64,000 nucleotides of DNA, taken from an uncultured Spirochaetota bacterium (lineage in GTDB: Bacteria; Spirochaetota; Spirochaetia; SZUA-6; Fen-1364). Below are positions 62,658-64,000 of the stretch, piece after piece. The stretch lies in NCBI GenBank assembly GCA_963781885.1, contig CAWAHW010000005.1, positions 270,168 to 334,167 of the forward strand, given 5' to 3'. Position 1 is the stretch's first letter. Every line of letters starts with the position of its first letter. The notes under the pieces are model-generated. The model made no database searches. It worked only from the letters and a program-made list of their open reading frames with translations, and was not told where the DNA came from. A program made the position numbers and the translations under genes.

Positions 62658-62763
62658 TCCTAACAAGTCGTTGCAGTAGTCGCCTTAACGGTCGCTTGAA
62701 TCTGACGGCGTAGTTCCGAATTCACAATTTCCTGGTTGATGCGGCGGCGCTACTGAACTCTAT
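62658..62763 (+). repeat. attC 18 (family C), inverted, R' lost at the IS3 junction
   Basis: Reverse-complement homologue of attC 14, ending at AACTCTAT. Confidence 0.85.
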
Positions 62764-64000
62764 CGTGGACATATGGTTAAGCAGTATCTTGAAGGGGTAA
62801 GGGAAAGGTAATGGCAGACACGAGGAAGAAGTACACCAAGGAGTTCAAGCTCGAAGCAGTACGAATGCTGGAGGCAGGAACCAAGACCGGACGCGAGATT
62901 GAGCAGGACCTTGAGATCGGCAGCGGGCAGGTCTACCGCTGGAAGAAGCTGTTCGTTGAGGACGGGGGGCGTGCGTTCCCCGGCAACGGCAAGCCTCGCG
63001 ACGCGGAGCTGGCCGAGCTTCGCAAGGAGAATGAAGAATCTTCGCGAGGAACGGGACATCCTGCGAAAAGCAGTGGCCATCTTCTCAAAACCCCCGAGAT
63101 GAATTACCAGCTCATGGCAAGACTTTCGGGGAGCTATGGCGTGGAGAAGATGGCCAGAGTGTTGAAGGTATCGCGAAGCGGGTACTACGCATGGGTGGAT
63201 CGGCCCCAGAGCGCACGGGAGTGTGGGACCGTCGAGCTGACGGAGCAGATCAGGGATATCCAGCGTCAGATGCACCACCGGTATGGAACTCCGCGGGTCA
63301 CACGAGAACTTGCACGGCGTGGACGATCTGTAGGACACAACCGAGTAGCCCGAATACTGCGAGAAAAGAGCCTTGGAGCGCGGCCCAAGAGGCGATTTCG
63401 GGTCACCACGAAGGCTGCGCTGGGGCCCGCGGTGGCAGCCAATGAGCTGGATCGGAACTTCTGGGCCGCCGGGGCAAACCAGAAGTGGGTCTCCGACATC
63501 ACCTACGTGGCCACGGCGGAGGGATGGCTGTACCTATGCGCGGTGCTGGACCTGTACTCGCGGCGCGTCGTGGGCTGGTCTATGGCAACCACACTGGCCA
63601 CCGATCTGGTGACCGCAGCATTCATGATGGCAGTGATGCGACGCAGGCCGCCGCGGGGACTGATGTTTCATTCCGATCGCGGCACGCAATACGCAAGCCG
63701 GGCATTTCGAAAAGGATTGCGGCGCCATGGGATGTTACAGAGCATGAGCCGCAAAGGGGAGTGCTGGGATAACGCGTGCGCCGAGACATTCTTCAAGACG
63801 TTGAAGACCGAGCTGATCGGCCAAAGGATCTATCGCACCAGGGAGGAGGCCAAGGCATCGATATTCGAATACATTGAGGTGTTCTATAACCGGGTACGCC
63901 TACACTCGTACCTGGGCTACACTACGCCGGCTGAGTACGAACAGGATTCGCTGAGCCAGTCCGTAGCATAAAAGGGTGTCCACGAAATCGGGGCAAGTCC
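62763..64000 (+). mobile_element. IS3-family element with truncated left IR
   Basis: Only TCGTGGACA of the left IR remains; right IR at the window end. Confidence 0.85.
62811..63971 (+). CDS. IS3 transposase (OrfA-OrfB fused by an indel near 63035)
   Basis: YTKEFKLEAV, DITYV, HSDRGTQY, DNACAETFF. Confidence 0.85.
   Translation: MADTRKKYTKEFKLEAVRMLEAGTKTGREIEQDLEIGSGQVYRWKKLFVEDGGRAFPGNGKPRDAELAELRKENEESSRGTGHPAKSSGHLLKTPEMNYQLMARLSGSYGVEKMARVLKVSRSGYYAWVDRPQSARECGTVELTEQIRDIQRQMHHRYGTPRVTRELARRGRSVGHNRVARILREKSLGARPKRRFRVTTKAALGPAVAANELDRNFWAAGANQKWVSDITYVATAEGWLYLCAVLDLYSRRVVGWSMATTLATDLVTAAFMMAVMRRRPPRGLMFHSDRGTQYASRAFRKGLRRHGMLQSMSRKGECWDNACAETFFKTLKTELIGQRIYRTREEAKASIFEYIEVFYNRVRLHSYLGYTTPAEYEQDSLSQSVA

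Larger units (their letters stand above)
30306..62763. mobile_element. Integron-type gene cassette array (18 attC-like sites; no intI in window)
   Basis: Recurrent ~115-bp imperfect palindromes with YAAC...GTTA cores separating mostly single, co-oriented genes. Confidence 0.9.

Noticed and set aside
30306-62763. Repeats as a CRISPR array
   Set aside because: Units are ~115 bp, are separated by gene-sized variable segments, show attC architecture, and no cas genes are present.
62811-63971. Naturally fused single-ORF IS3 transposase
   Set aside because: The normal OrfA tail (EERDILRKAVAIFS) is present in another frame, so the fusion comes from an indel near 63035.

Overview
The window has two halves. 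1-29,134 is a high-GC bacterial core region, probably from a Spirochaetia-type genome (inferred from gene content). It carries ABC transporters, panB, a Gld-like ABC system, two Maf/DUF115-like genes, lon, recO, thpR, a nucleoside phosphorylase, recJ and rpsU, and ends at an initiator tRNA-Met. From ~29.2 kb to the end lies a lower-GC island: an integrase remnant, then an integron-type gene-cassette array with 18 attC-like sites of ~115 bp in three sequence families. Sixteen sites read on the minus strand and two are inverted at the right end; no intI is visible in the window. Cassettes include two toxin-antitoxin pairs, TetR+aldo-keto reductase, ICMT, VOC, GNAT, lysA, a cupin, a putative HEPN protein and several cassettes with no convincing ORF. 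Fourteen IS copies from nine families, some nested, have invaded the array. Main leads: (1) IS481-like elements sit 14-15 nt from attC cores and their ends resemble attC L/R boxes; (2) the attC extrahelical bases are the complement of the canonical ones; (3) cassettes have 8-14 bp terminal inverted repeats; (4) a 350-bp apparently non-coding cassette is duplicated; (5) an IS200 has an internal segment complementary to its flank. All calls were made by eye without database searches, and some frameshifts or stops may be sequencing errors.
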